Below are positions 47,091 to 55,409 of a DNA stretch of 64,000 bases, in pieces. A model generated the notes under the pieces. That model made no database searches. It saw only the letters and a list, made by a program, of their open reading frames with translations, and had not been told where the DNA came from. The stretch is from a virus. The stretch is taken from IMG/VR virus record IMGVR_UViG_3300027733_002357. The stretch is one strand, 5' to 3'. A program made the translations under genes and the position numbers. Each line of letters begins with the position of its first letter. Position 1 is the stretch's first letter.

Positions 47091-47833
47091 TTTTTAAATA
47101 CGCCTTTTGTAATTAGTCTGCTTACCACCCTTGACGATGCAGTTTCTAAAGCTTTTTTGGTAGATATACCAATAGTTGATTGGTTAAATTTGACATCATC
47201 TGAGATATCACCTAAAATATTTGATGTTTTTACTGTGCTTGCTTCCCCTAATCCAGATCCTACAATTACTTGACTTGTTTCAGCGTCTACAAATTTTATT
47301 TGTAATCCTAATCTTGTTGTTTGTGTGGTTGTTTGTTGCCCATTAATCTTAACAACCTCATCTTCAGAAACACTAAAGTCATATACTTCGATGTATACAA
47401 AATATTTGGCTAGTATTACATTCCCTTTAACGTCTATTTTATTAACTGATATACCTTTATCCGAAGCCTTATCCTGAGCAATCATTCTTTGTTTGATATC
47501 TTCTTTCTCCTCTGTAAATATGAATCTACCAGTATACTCTAGATATTCTATAACTATATTTGTTACACCTAAACCTACTCTTTTGTCTTTAAGCTCCGGA
47601 TATAATTCATATAATTCTTCATTTATACCGATTTTTAAAAGCTGTATAGGAACTTGTATTGTATCTGTATAATCAGCAACATCATTGATAGATTGTTTTT
47701 TCTCAAACTCCGCTTGATATTGTTCGGTTTTTACAGAGCCAATGCCCCCGCCATTATTCTGAGGGGGCTGGGCCTGTAAAGTTTTACAACCGAATAAGCT
47801 TAATATAGATATTATGATTATTAGATTTTTCAT
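47087..47833 (-). CDS. CsgG-like outer-membrane lipoprotein
   Basis: Lipobox 'SLFGC' after an internal Met; 'LGLQIKFVDAETSQVIVGSGLGEAS' resembles the CsgG 'LRVVNVSTGEILSS' region; length ~250 aa. Confidence 0.4.
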   Translation of the reverse strand: MKNLIIIISILSLFGCKTLQAQPPQNNGGGIGSVKTEQYQAEFEKKQSINDVADYTDTIQVPIQLLKIGINEELYELYPELKDKRVGLGVTNIVIEYLEYTGRFIFTEEKEDIKQRMIAQDKASDKGISVNKIDVKGNVILAKYFVYIEVYDFSVSEDEVVKINGQQTTTQTTRLGLQIKFVDAETSQVIVGSGLGEASTVKTSNILGDISDDVKFNQSTIGISTKKALETASSRVVSRLITKGVFKN

Positions 47834-47835
47834 TT

Positions 47836-48495
47836 TTATTCTTCTATTTGGCTTCTTAGTAATCCGCATTCTTGGCATTCTTCGAAACCATCTCCATCTG
47901 AGTCTCCCCAAACGTGATCACAGTTTCTGTGTTCGAAATATTCATCGATGTCTCCATCTCCGTCAGTATCGTAACCATCGTTTACACCGTCGCCATCTTC
48001 ATCGACTTCAGCTTTTTCAAATTCTTCTACGATAGGTTCTTCTACTATAGATTCCTCTACGATATGTTCTTCTACTATAGGTTCTTCTACTATAGGCTCC
48101 TCTTTGTAAACTTCGTCTACGACACTAGTTTTTTTTTCGGCGGAATAAGATTCATCAGCTACATTGGAAAGTGTTACACCATCTTCCTCGTCAACTTTTT
48201 GAATTAACATTTTATCTCTATCTTCTGAGTTGAACCAGTAATCTACAACTTTATTTAAGTTACCTACGAATGCTCCTAATAAGATTAATAGCATTTCTTT
48301 CCAATCTTCTCCGATTGTTTTACCTAAGAATACACCAGCATTAATACCTAAGATGATAAGTGTAAATAATCCTAATACAATTGCTGTGATTCTCCATCTA
48401 TTTGCTTGCATTTGCTGAAGCATATAGTAGAATCTATTTTTATCTTCTACTTTCACGTAATCTGTTTTACTGCTAAAGAATTTTTTCATTGACAT
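47836..48495 (-). CDS. membrane protein with acidic (EEPIV)n repeats and DxDxDG calcium-binding-like motifs
   Basis: Two TM helices; 'EEPIVEEPIVEEHIVEESIVEEPIVEE'; 'DEDGDGVNDGYDTDGDGDIDE...DSDGDG'. Confidence 0.5.
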   Translation of the reverse strand: MSMKKFFSSKTDYVKVEDKNRFYYMLQQMQANRWRITAIVLGLFTLIILGINAGVFLGKTIGEDWKEMLLILLGAFVGNLNKVVDYWFNSEDRDKMLIQKVDEEDGVTLSNVADESYSAEKKTSVVDEVYKEEPIVEEPIVEEHIVEESIVEEPIVEEFEKAEVDEDGDGVNDGYDTDGDGDIDEYFEHRNCDHVWGDSDGDGFEECQECGLLRSQIEE

Positions 48496-48518
48496 TTTTA
48501 TATCTTATTTTATTTTTT

Positions 48519-48857
48519 TTACCAAGATTCCTCTTCCTCTTTTTTAGGTTTAACAGGCTCTTGTGTTGCTGCAGGTTTTTCAATAACTCTTTCGTGTATA
48601 ATTGTATTACCTCCGCCATTTTCAGTCTTTTGTTTATTTTCCTGATTCTGCTCAACGTTAATTGTAATAGGTGCTTGTCCTCCAGTTTGTTCGGTTTTAG
48701 TCTCCTCTGAAGGTTCTTCACTACCACCACCAAACATAGTAGTACTTAACCATACTCCTCCCCCTGCAATTACTGTAGTTAGTGTTCCTATGATTGTCTT
48801 TTTTAATCCTGACCAAGATCCCTCGTTGGCCTCCGGTGCATTTGTTTCTTCGCTCAT
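48519..48857 (-). CDS. small single-pass membrane protein
   Basis: One TM (IIGTLTTVIAGGGVWL), E/K-rich tail. Confidence 0.4.
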   Translation of the reverse strand: MSEETNAPEANEGSWSGLKKTIIGTLTTVIAGGGVWLSTTMFGGGSEEPSEETKTEQTGGQAPITINVEQNQENKQKTENGGGNTIIHERVIEKPAATQEPVKPKKEEEESW

Positions 48858-48866
48858 ATTTTTATC

Positions 48867-50798
48867 TTATTTTATTTTAGCTAACTTTTCCACTATGGTT
48901 TTTCCGCCCTCTGTAGATAGAGTTACGAAATATAATCCTGATTGTAATTTACCAAGATCAGTATAGTAAGAAAATTGTCCGTTTGGTACTTGACCGGTTA
49001 ATATTGTAGCTACCTTTCTTCCTTGTAAATCTGATACGTATAATGTAGCATTTGACGTTTCAGATAGACTGAATGTTATTGTAACATCTTTCTCAAATGG
49101 GTTGGGATAAACTATCATAGAATTTGCGTCTATTAATTCCCCATTACTTATTTTTAATACCTGAAGTATTCCATTTGTCGGAGTTAATGTTAAGTCTTTA
49201 GAATTTGCTGCATTTCCTGCAAATTTTCTAGTAGTGTATAAAGGACTCTCCTCCCATTGGTTTTGCGGTTGTAGTGCTACGAATTGTAATGTTACTACGT
49301 CGTCTCCATTTTTTAAAGTATTTTGACTGTTAGTAACATCATATCCCCCCCAATCTATTTCTCCGTCATTTGCGTTAATATAAGTTAACCATTTCATTGC
49401 GGCAGATGATGAATAAACCCCCTTGAATGAAAGTAAATCCTCGTTATATTTTAATCCAAATTGTAGTGAGTTTAGTTCGATACCGTTAGTTAATACTTTA
49501 ACCGGTATATTTACTAAGTTACCCTCTTGAACTGATAAGTGAGGAACGTTAACTTCTATTGAAGAAGTAGGAAAATCATATTCTACTTTAGTATCAATTA
49601 CATTGTAGATCTGGTTTTCTAATCCTGGTGCAGGTCCAACCAATACTTCGATTGGAGTTACACGAGCCATATGATAACCTGTACCGTTAGCATCTCCTGG
49701 TACAACCACGTAGTAAACAACTGAATCAGGTTGCCCTGGTAAGATATCAAATGTAAAGTTAGTTGCTCCAGTAATTGTTGAAGTGTAGTTAGTTGAAGAA
49801 GCGTTGATTGTGTTGTATTCTGATTGTGTAAAGAATTTAACGTCTTTAGTGTTATTAGGCCATGCTGCGAATCTTCCTGAGATTCTACCAAATACACCGT
49901 ATGCGTCAGTGATTGTTACGTTATCTGATTCGTTAACATCTGCTGTATAATAATCAAATCCTGACATTGTACCGTTGCCTAATACCCATTGGTTGATTAA
50001 TTGAGCATCTGCAGTTGAAATAACGTTACCTACTGCCATTGAATCACCCTGTATTGCTAATCTTACGTCCCAATAAGTAGTATCTAATGGAACAGATATA
50101 GCAAAGTCCCCGTTTATATCTGTAACGTATGTTGAATGCTGTGACCATGTGTTACCGCCAGCTGGTCTTGTTTGTAAAGCTAATGTTAAATTCTTAGCTC
50201 CTGATCCAGTTACGTTGGCAAATGTTCCATGATAATCAAAGTTTTGAAATACGAAGTTACCACCGTAATTATGTAAACCTAGAGTTGTATCTGCTCCTTC
50301 CTGGGTAGCTGCATATTGTTGGAAGGTATTAGCTGCTGGTACAACTGACCAAGCTAATGGCGTAATAGATGCTAAGTTGTTAAATACTGACGAAGCAGCG
50401 TGAGTAAAAGTAATCTGAAATCTCTCACCGTCAGGTAATGTATACGTGGAGCTTGATCCAGTATAAACTAAGGTCATAGTAATGTAACCGTTTGCAGGAT
50501 TGGTTATGTACTGGAAATCTAAGTTAGTAGGAGATCCTAGAAGAGATACTGTAGCATTGGTAAATGCTATTTTATCGTAGAATACTCTAAATTGAACACC
50601 CGTATACTTTGTAAGCGTAGTGTTTTTAGAAGTAATCTTTGCAGTGGTAATTCCCTGTGCAGTTGTACCGACTGTGTAGTTAGTGTCGATTATGGCCCAG
50701 ATACCCGGTGAAGGTGCTGGTGGTCCAGATTGTGAAAATAAGTCAAGAGTTAGCGTCATAAAAAACGCTAAAACACCTAACATTCTTAGTGTCCTCAT
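48867..50798 (-). CDS. secreted protein with T9SS type-A C-terminal sorting domain
   Basis: Signal peptide; C-terminal 'VYPNPFEKDVTITFSLSETSNATLYVSDLQGRKVATIL...SGLYFVTLSTEGGKTIVEKLAKIK' matches the Por-secretion CTD pattern. Confidence 0.65.
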   Translation of the reverse strand: MRTLRMLGVLAFFMTLTLDLFSQSGPPAPSPGIWAIIDTNYTVGTTAQGITTAKITSKNTTLTKYTGVQFRVFYDKIAFTNATVSLLGSPTNLDFQYITNPANGYITMTLVYTGSSSTYTLPDGERFQITFTHAASSVFNNLASITPLAWSVVPAANTFQQYAATQEGADTTLGLHNYGGNFVFQNFDYHGTFANVTGSGAKNLTLALQTRPAGGNTWSQHSTYVTDINGDFAISVPLDTTYWDVRLAIQGDSMAVGNVISTADAQLINQWVLGNGTMSGFDYYTADVNESDNVTITDAYGVFGRISGRFAAWPNNTKDVKFFTQSEYNTINASSTNYTSTITGATNFTFDILPGQPDSVVYYVVVPGDANGTGYHMARVTPIEVLVGPAPGLENQIYNVIDTKVEYDFPTSSIEVNVPHLSVQEGNLVNIPVKVLTNGIELNSLQFGLKYNEDLLSFKGVYSSSAAMKWLTYINANDGEIDWGGYDVTNSQNTLKNGDDVVTLQFVALQPQNQWEESPLYTTRKFAGNAANSKDLTLTPTNGILQVLKISNGELIDANSMIVYPNPFEKDVTITFSLSETSNATLYVSDLQGRKVATILTGQVPNGQFSYYTDLGKLQSGLYFVTLSTEGGKTIVEKLAKIK

Positions 50799-50950
50799 TT
50801 TTTTAGTTATTTAATTGGTTGTCTATCTATATATTTTTTTATGCCAAAAAAATGTTGTGATATATGTAAAAATTTAAAAATATGTTTAAATAATTAAAAT
50901 GAGCTAAATGAATAAAATGAATAAAATACTTAAAATGAAAGAATTAAAAA

Positions 50951-50980
50951 GGGTCAAGGTGGTTGCGAATTCCTTGACCC
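50951..50980 (-). terminator. GC-rich stem-loop (GGGTCAAGG / CCTTGACCC) with T5 on the minus strand
   Basis: 9-bp perfect stem, 12-nt loop, A-run on plus = T-run on minus. Confidence 0.35.
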
Positions 50981-51078
50981 TTAGATGATACTTGCGTAAC
51001 ATCACGGTCCTAAGCCGTGTAAGATAGAAATTTTTTAGTTCTTAGATAGTATAAATCTTATATTATATATCACAAATC

Positions 51079-51255
51079 ATGGTGGAAAAAATAGAAATAC
51101 CTCAGGGAAGAAAATTAGAGAAAGATAGATTAGAATTATATGAACTATTTAGAAAAAAACATCCAGGGGGAAACAAAGAAATGCAGAAGAAGATGTGTTT
51201 ACAGATAGCAGACGAAAGAATTAAGGTATATAAGGAGATATTTCAAGAAAAATAG
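51079..51255 (+). CDS. hypothetical 58-aa protein (below the ORF-track cutoff)
   Basis: ATG ORF MVEKIEIPQGRK...EIFQEK in an otherwise empty 500-bp gap. Confidence 0.25.
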   Translation: MVEKIEIPQGRKLEKDRLELYELFRKKHPGGNKEMQKKMCLQIADERIKVYKEIFQEK

Positions 51256-51262
51256 AATTTTC

Positions 51263-51295
51263 TTTTTTTTGTTCAAATATAAATTTCTACATTTG
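51263..51295 (+). promoter_or_regulatory. promoter variant (T8, 17 nt ending TTTC, TACATTTG)
   Basis: Sequence pattern 5 nt upstream of the ATG at 51300. Confidence 0.5.
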
Positions 51296-51299
51296 TTAT

Positions 51300-51554
51300 A
51301 TGAAAAAATCTTTCCTAATATTATCTTTGATTTCTCTATCATTCTTACAATCTTGTTTAGAAGTTAAGAAAAAGGAAGAAATCATAAAATGCGTAGTTAC
51401 CTCCTGTGAGGAGATTCACCCCATATCTGTACATGACGATATAAATCGTCCCCTTGGATATAGATTACAAACATCTTGTGGAAGATCCTTTAGAAGTAAG
51501 ATTAAATATGAAGTTGGTGACACTATAGGCGTTACTAGGATTAGCTATCGATAG
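51300..51554 (+). CDS. small outer-membrane lipoprotein (o-spanin-like)
   Basis: Signal peptide with 'FLQSC' lipobox; 84 aa; adjacent to the endolysin. Confidence 0.45.
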   Translation: MKKSFLILSLISLSFLQSCLEVKKKEEIIKCVVTSCEEIHPISVHDDINRPLGYRLQTSCGRSFRSKIKYEVGDTIGVTRISYR

Positions 51555-51596
51555 TTTTATCTTAAAATGGGAATATATAATTAAAAATATATTCCT

Positions 51597-52439
51597 ATGT
51601 TACTTAAAAATGGATCTAAAGGAGAAGATGTAAAAAAACTCCAAGAAAAATTAGGACTGGCCGCAGATGGTTCTTTCGGTCCTGGTACAGAATCAAAAGT
51701 TAAAGAGTGGCAATCAGCTAACGGATTAACAGCAGATGGTATTGTTGGTGATGGTACTTGGTCTAAAATGTTCGCCTCAGCACCAGTTGCACCGACAGCA
51801 GCACCAGCCTCAGCAGCACCAGTTGCTATTCCTCCTTCTGCTTTCAAGTTGGAAAATTTAAAGGGGCATGTTCCTGATGCAGTTCTTGCACAGATTCCTG
51901 ATACAGCAGCTAAATTTAACATTACAAATACTTTAAGACTTGCTCACTTCTTAGCACAGTGTGGACACGAGTCTGGAGGTTTTAAAGCAGTTTCTGAAAA
52001 TCTTAACTACTCTGCTGACGGTCTTAAAAAGATCTTCCCTAAATATTTCCCAGGAAATCTTAACGAGTCTTATGCAAGACAACCAGAGAAAATTGCTTCT
52101 AGAGTTTATGGAAGTAGAATGGGTAACGGTGACGAAGCTTCTAAGGAAGGTTTCAAATTTAGAGGTAGAGGTTATATCCAATTAACTGGTAAATCTAACT
52201 ATGCTTCTTTTGATAAATTCGTAGATGATGATATTCTAGGAAATCCTGATTTAGTTGCTACTAAATACCCTTTAATGTCTGCAGCATTCTTCTTTAATAA
52301 CAATAGTCTTTGGTCTATTTGTGATAAAGGAGCAGATGATGCTACAGTTACAGCAGTAACAAAAAGAGTAAACGGTGGAACTATTGGATTGCCCGATAGA
52401 ATCAAGCACTTTAAGGAGTACTACAATTTGCTTAAGTAA
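51597..52439 (+). CDS. endolysin: PG_binding_1 domain plus GH19 (chitinase-like) catalytic domain
   Basis: N-terminal 'LAADGSFGPGTESKVKEWQSANGLTADGIVG'; catalytic 'LAHFLAQCGHESGGF' and 'FRGRGYIQLTGKSNY' GH19 motifs. Confidence 0.75.
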   Translation: MLLKNGSKGEDVKKLQEKLGLAADGSFGPGTESKVKEWQSANGLTADGIVGDGTWSKMFASAPVAPTAAPASAAPVAIPPSAFKLENLKGHVPDAVLAQIPDTAAKFNITNTLRLAHFLAQCGHESGGFKAVSENLNYSADGLKKIFPKYFPGNLNESYARQPEKIASRVYGSRMGNGDEASKEGFKFRGRGYIQLTGKSNYASFDKFVDDDILGNPDLVATKYPLMSAAFFFNNNSLWSICDKGADDATVTAVTKRVNGGTIGLPDRIKHFKEYYNLLK

Positions 52440-52441
52440 TC

Positions 52442-52729
52442 ATGGAGGCTAAGAACCAAAACCAGGTGAGTGGATTTTTCGACGTTTTTTTATCAAAGCT
52501 TAAGGAGCAATCGTTTGTGATTCTCCTTATGCTTGGTGTTATCTATTATCAGAATAGATTAATGGAGGAAAGAGTATCGTTTTGGCAAAAGCAATATGAA
52601 GAAAAAGAAGCTTATATTAAAAAAACTACAGAAAGCGATAAGCAAATTCTGTTGAATAGAATAAACTATCTTCAAGATCAAAGGGATAAATTCGTGGAGA
52701 GTACAATTGAAGAAGAAAAAGCAAAATAA
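52442..52729 (+). CDS. TM plus coiled-coil protein (i-spanin/holin-like)
   Basis: Single TM (SFVILLMLGVIYY) followed by a coiled-coil region; immediately after the endolysin. Confidence 0.4.
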   Translation: MEAKNQNQVSGFFDVFLSKLKEQSFVILLMLGVIYYQNRLMEERVSFWQKQYEEKEAYIKKTTESDKQILLNRINYLQDQRDKFVESTIEEEKAK

Positions 52730-52745
52730 AGAGAAAAAGAAAAAG

Positions 52746-53867
52746 ATGAACGAAGAAGTAGAAACAGGAGCAAGCGCATCTACAAACGGAAGTGCGGCTA
52801 CTCAAACAGGAAATGAAAATGTAGGAGCAAGTGCAGATGCAAGCTATGATGCTTCAGCAGAAGCACACGCAAGTGCAGAAGCAGGTATCGATGGTACTAT
52901 GGCTCACGCAAGTGCAGAAGCAGGTGTAAGTGCTGAAGTAAGTGCAGAAGCAAATGCAGAAGCTCACGCAAGCCAAGATTTAGGTGGTGGAGTAAGTGCT
53001 GAAGCAGAAGCTGATGTTCACGCAGAAGCACACGCAAGCGCAGAGGCAAGTGCGGAAGCACACGCAGAAGCAGGATGGGACGGATCTGATGCTAAGATTG
53101 AAGCAGGTGCAGAAGTTAGCGCTAGAGTTGAAGTTGAAGCAAGTGCAGAAGCTCACGCTGAAGCAGGACTTGATACTCCACTAGGTGAGGTTAAAGTTGA
53201 AGCTGATGCTGAAGGACATGCTGGAGCTTACGCTGAAGCTCACGCTGGAGTGGAAGGACATGCGAGCGTAGGCGAACATGGTGTTGATGTAGGAGGTGGT
53301 GCTATGGCTGGTGCTGGTGCTGGTGTAGAAGCTGGCGGTAAAGCTGGTGTAGATACTCCATTAGGAGGAGCGGAAGCAAGCGGAGAAGTAGGAGCTAGTG
53401 TAGGATTACAAGTTGGTGCAGAAGGCGAAGCACACGCTACATATAACGACGGAGAAGTAAGCGTTGGTATTAGCGGCGAAGCTGCTTTACTTGTTGGCTT
53501 AGATGCTGATGTTAATGTGGATCTTGATCTTAATCCAGCAATAGATCTAGCTGAAAATGGTGTAGATGAAGCTAAAAAATTAGCAGATCAAGCTGCTGAA
53601 CAAGCTGCTGAAGCAGATAGACTAGCAAAAGAAGCTGCTGCTGCTACACAAAAAGCTGCTGATGATGCTGCTAGAGAAACTGAAAGATTAGCTAACGAAG
53701 CTGCTGCTGCTACACAAAAAGCTGCAGATGATGCTGCTAGAGAAGCTGAGAGATTAGCTAACGAAGCTGCCAATACTGCTAAGGACGTAGGTAATGATAT
53801 AGATAAAGGCTTTAAAGATACCGGTAAATCAATAGACAAAGGATTTAAGAAAGCTTTTAAGTGGTAA
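52746..53867 (+). CDS. Ala/Glu/His-rich repeat protein (AEAHASAEA)n with C-terminal 23-aa tandem repeats
   Basis: Repeats 'AEAHASAEAG/SAEAHAEAG'; C-terminal 'AAAATQKAADDAARE.ERLANE' x2. Confidence 0.45.
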   Translation: MNEEVETGASASTNGSAATQTGNENVGASADASYDASAEAHASAEAGIDGTMAHASAEAGVSAEVSAEANAEAHASQDLGGGVSAEAEADVHAEAHASAEASAEAHAEAGWDGSDAKIEAGAEVSARVEVEASAEAHAEAGLDTPLGEVKVEADAEGHAGAYAEAHAGVEGHASVGEHGVDVGGGAMAGAGAGVEAGGKAGVDTPLGGAEASGEVGASVGLQVGAEGEAHATYNDGEVSVGISGEAALLVGLDADVNVDLDLNPAIDLAENGVDEAKKLADQAAEQAAEADRLAKEAAAATQKAADDAARETERLANEAAAATQKAADDAAREAERLANEAANTAKDVGNDIDKGFKDTGKSIDKGFKKAFKW

Positions 53868-53871
53868 TATT

Positions 53872-54447
53872 ATGGCTGAGATAGTTACTCTAACAAAAAC
53901 TGAGTATTTAATTGGTCAATTAGATGAAGATCCTAATCCGATAATAGACATGATCCTATCCAATTATAACGAGGGTAGGAACATGTCTAAGGATATTACC
54001 AATATAAGATACGAGGACATCCGAATAAATTTTACCCCACAGATACAAAGAATTGCAAAAAAACTTTGCGATGAATGGTATGAATCATTTGGTAAAGAAA
54101 TCGAATTATGCTGGCAAAATAAAGAAGGACAGGATCCTAATTCATCATTCTGGGCAGTGATACACAATCCAAACGAATCAACTAATCTGCATTCACACGA
54201 AACATCGGACAACTATGAAAGCGGTGCTCACGTTAGTGCAGCTATATGGGTACAAGTTCCTCCTAATAGTGGTAACCTAGTATTCCAATATAATGTTAAT
54301 CCGTATAAAGTTCGTCAAGAAGAGATTGAAGCTAAACCGTGTAAATTTGCAATGTTTGACAGCACATTACCACATTACGTATCTAAAAATTTAAGTAATG
54401 AACAGAGAATTGTTATAAGTATGAATTTCAGGTACAAGAATTATTGA
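53872..54447 (+). CDS. 2OG-Fe(II) oxygenase superfamily protein (PF13759-like)
   Basis: 'LHSHETSD...AAIWVQVP' and 'FDSTLPHYV...RIVISMNF' fit the H.D/E...H pattern of the phage-type 2OG-FeII family. Confidence 0.45.
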   Translation: MAEIVTLTKTEYLIGQLDEDPNPIIDMILSNYNEGRNMSKDITNIRYEDIRINFTPQIQRIAKKLCDEWYESFGKEIELCWQNKEGQDPNSSFWAVIHNPNESTNLHSHETSDNYESGAHVSAAIWVQVPPNSGNLVFQYNVNPYKVRQEEIEAKPCKFAMFDSTLPHYVSKNLSNEQRIVISMNFRYKNY

Positions 54448-54485
54448 AATAATTGGATAAATAGCATTAAATAAAACTAAAAAAA

Positions 54486-55085
54486 ATGTACACAAGAGAA
54501 CAAATTGAAGGTGCTATTAAAGCTAAAGGTTATGTCTATTTTGAAGACGCTAACAACAAAGGATTTGATGTTAACATTATTGGGATCCGAAATTCTTCTA
54601 CCGGACAGAATGTTACTAATGCTTTTGATGATCTATTAACTATATCATACAAGGATGAAACTGGAGCTTGGAAATATCACGAATGGCCAGCTACAACTGA
54701 TCCAGGAAAGAAAGGGGTTTTAGAATATCATAACGCAGCTGGTGTTGCTAGATTGGTAGAGGGACAATATAGAGGATCTCATACAATTAGATTACACCAA
54801 GGTAAATATGAAGCATTAGGTCAAGCTAAAAACGTTAAAGTTTATAGAGACGCTAACAAAGACCTAAATTATGACGAGAATAAAATTCAAGAGGGTGTTT
54901 TTGGTATCAATATTCATAAAGCTGGTGCAGATTCTACTTATGTTGAAAACTGGTCAGAAGGATGTCAGGTATTTAAAAAATCCGCTGATTTTGAAGAGTT
55001 TATGAAAATTTGTAGAAAATCAAAAGATTTACACGGTAATTCTTTTACTTATACTTTAATTGAATCTACGGATATTAAAGCTTAA
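54486..55085 (+). CDS. hypothetical protein, possibly L,D-transpeptidase (YkuD)-like
   Basis: 'GINIHKAG....SEGCQVF' loosely resembles the IHGT...SHGC(I/V)R catalytic motif. Confidence 0.3.
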   Translation: MYTREQIEGAIKAKGYVYFEDANNKGFDVNIIGIRNSSTGQNVTNAFDDLLTISYKDETGAWKYHEWPATTDPGKKGVLEYHNAAGVARLVEGQYRGSHTIRLHQGKYEALGQAKNVKVYRDANKDLNYDENKIQEGVFGINIHKAGADSTYVENWSEGCQVFKKSADFEEFMKICRKSKDLHGNSFTYTLIESTDIKA

Positions 55086-55348
55086 ATTCTAGTAATCTTA
55101 ACATTCAGGGGAGTGGAGCCTTTTATAATCCGGTGCCATTCCCCTTTTTTTATTTCTATAACACCTTCCATTTTAATTGGAAGTTTGTCGTCGAATTGAA
55201 ATTTCCAGTCGTTATCGTTTAGTATCTCTACTACTCGATCCTCCATATCTATATGCCACTTAAGTTCTTCGTCCATTAGATCAGGACTAAAAGATCTTAA
55301 AGATACTTTATCAGAAACCCAGGATTCTTCGAATGGTAATTCACTCAT
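55082..55348 (-). CDS. hypothetical small protein
   Basis: 88-aa ORF. Confidence 0.35.
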   Translation of the reverse strand: MSELPFEESWVSDKVSLRSFSPDLMDEELKWHIDMEDRVVEILNDNDWKFQFDDKLPIKMEGVIEIKKGEWHRIIKGSTPLNVKITRI

Positions 55349-55409
55349 GCTTTATATATTTTAAAAACTAAAACCGATAATTTGTGTAAAAATACTAAAT
55401 ACTAAATAG

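Noticed and set aside
47814-48733. ORFs 47814..48035, 47914..48207, 48473..48733, 48489..48710
   Set aside because: Overlap the acidic-repeat and small TM genes on the opposite strand or frame. Repeat-driven.
51581-52405. Minus-strand ORFs 51581..51922, 51951..52181, 52199..52405 and plus 51961..52185 overlapping the endolysin
   Set aside because: The endolysin frame carries unambiguous GH19/PG-binding motifs. The overlapping frames are unsupported.
53588-53839. Minus-strand 83-aa ORF within the AEAHA-repeat gene
   Set aside because: Reverse complement of a GCT/GCA-rich repeat. An artefact.
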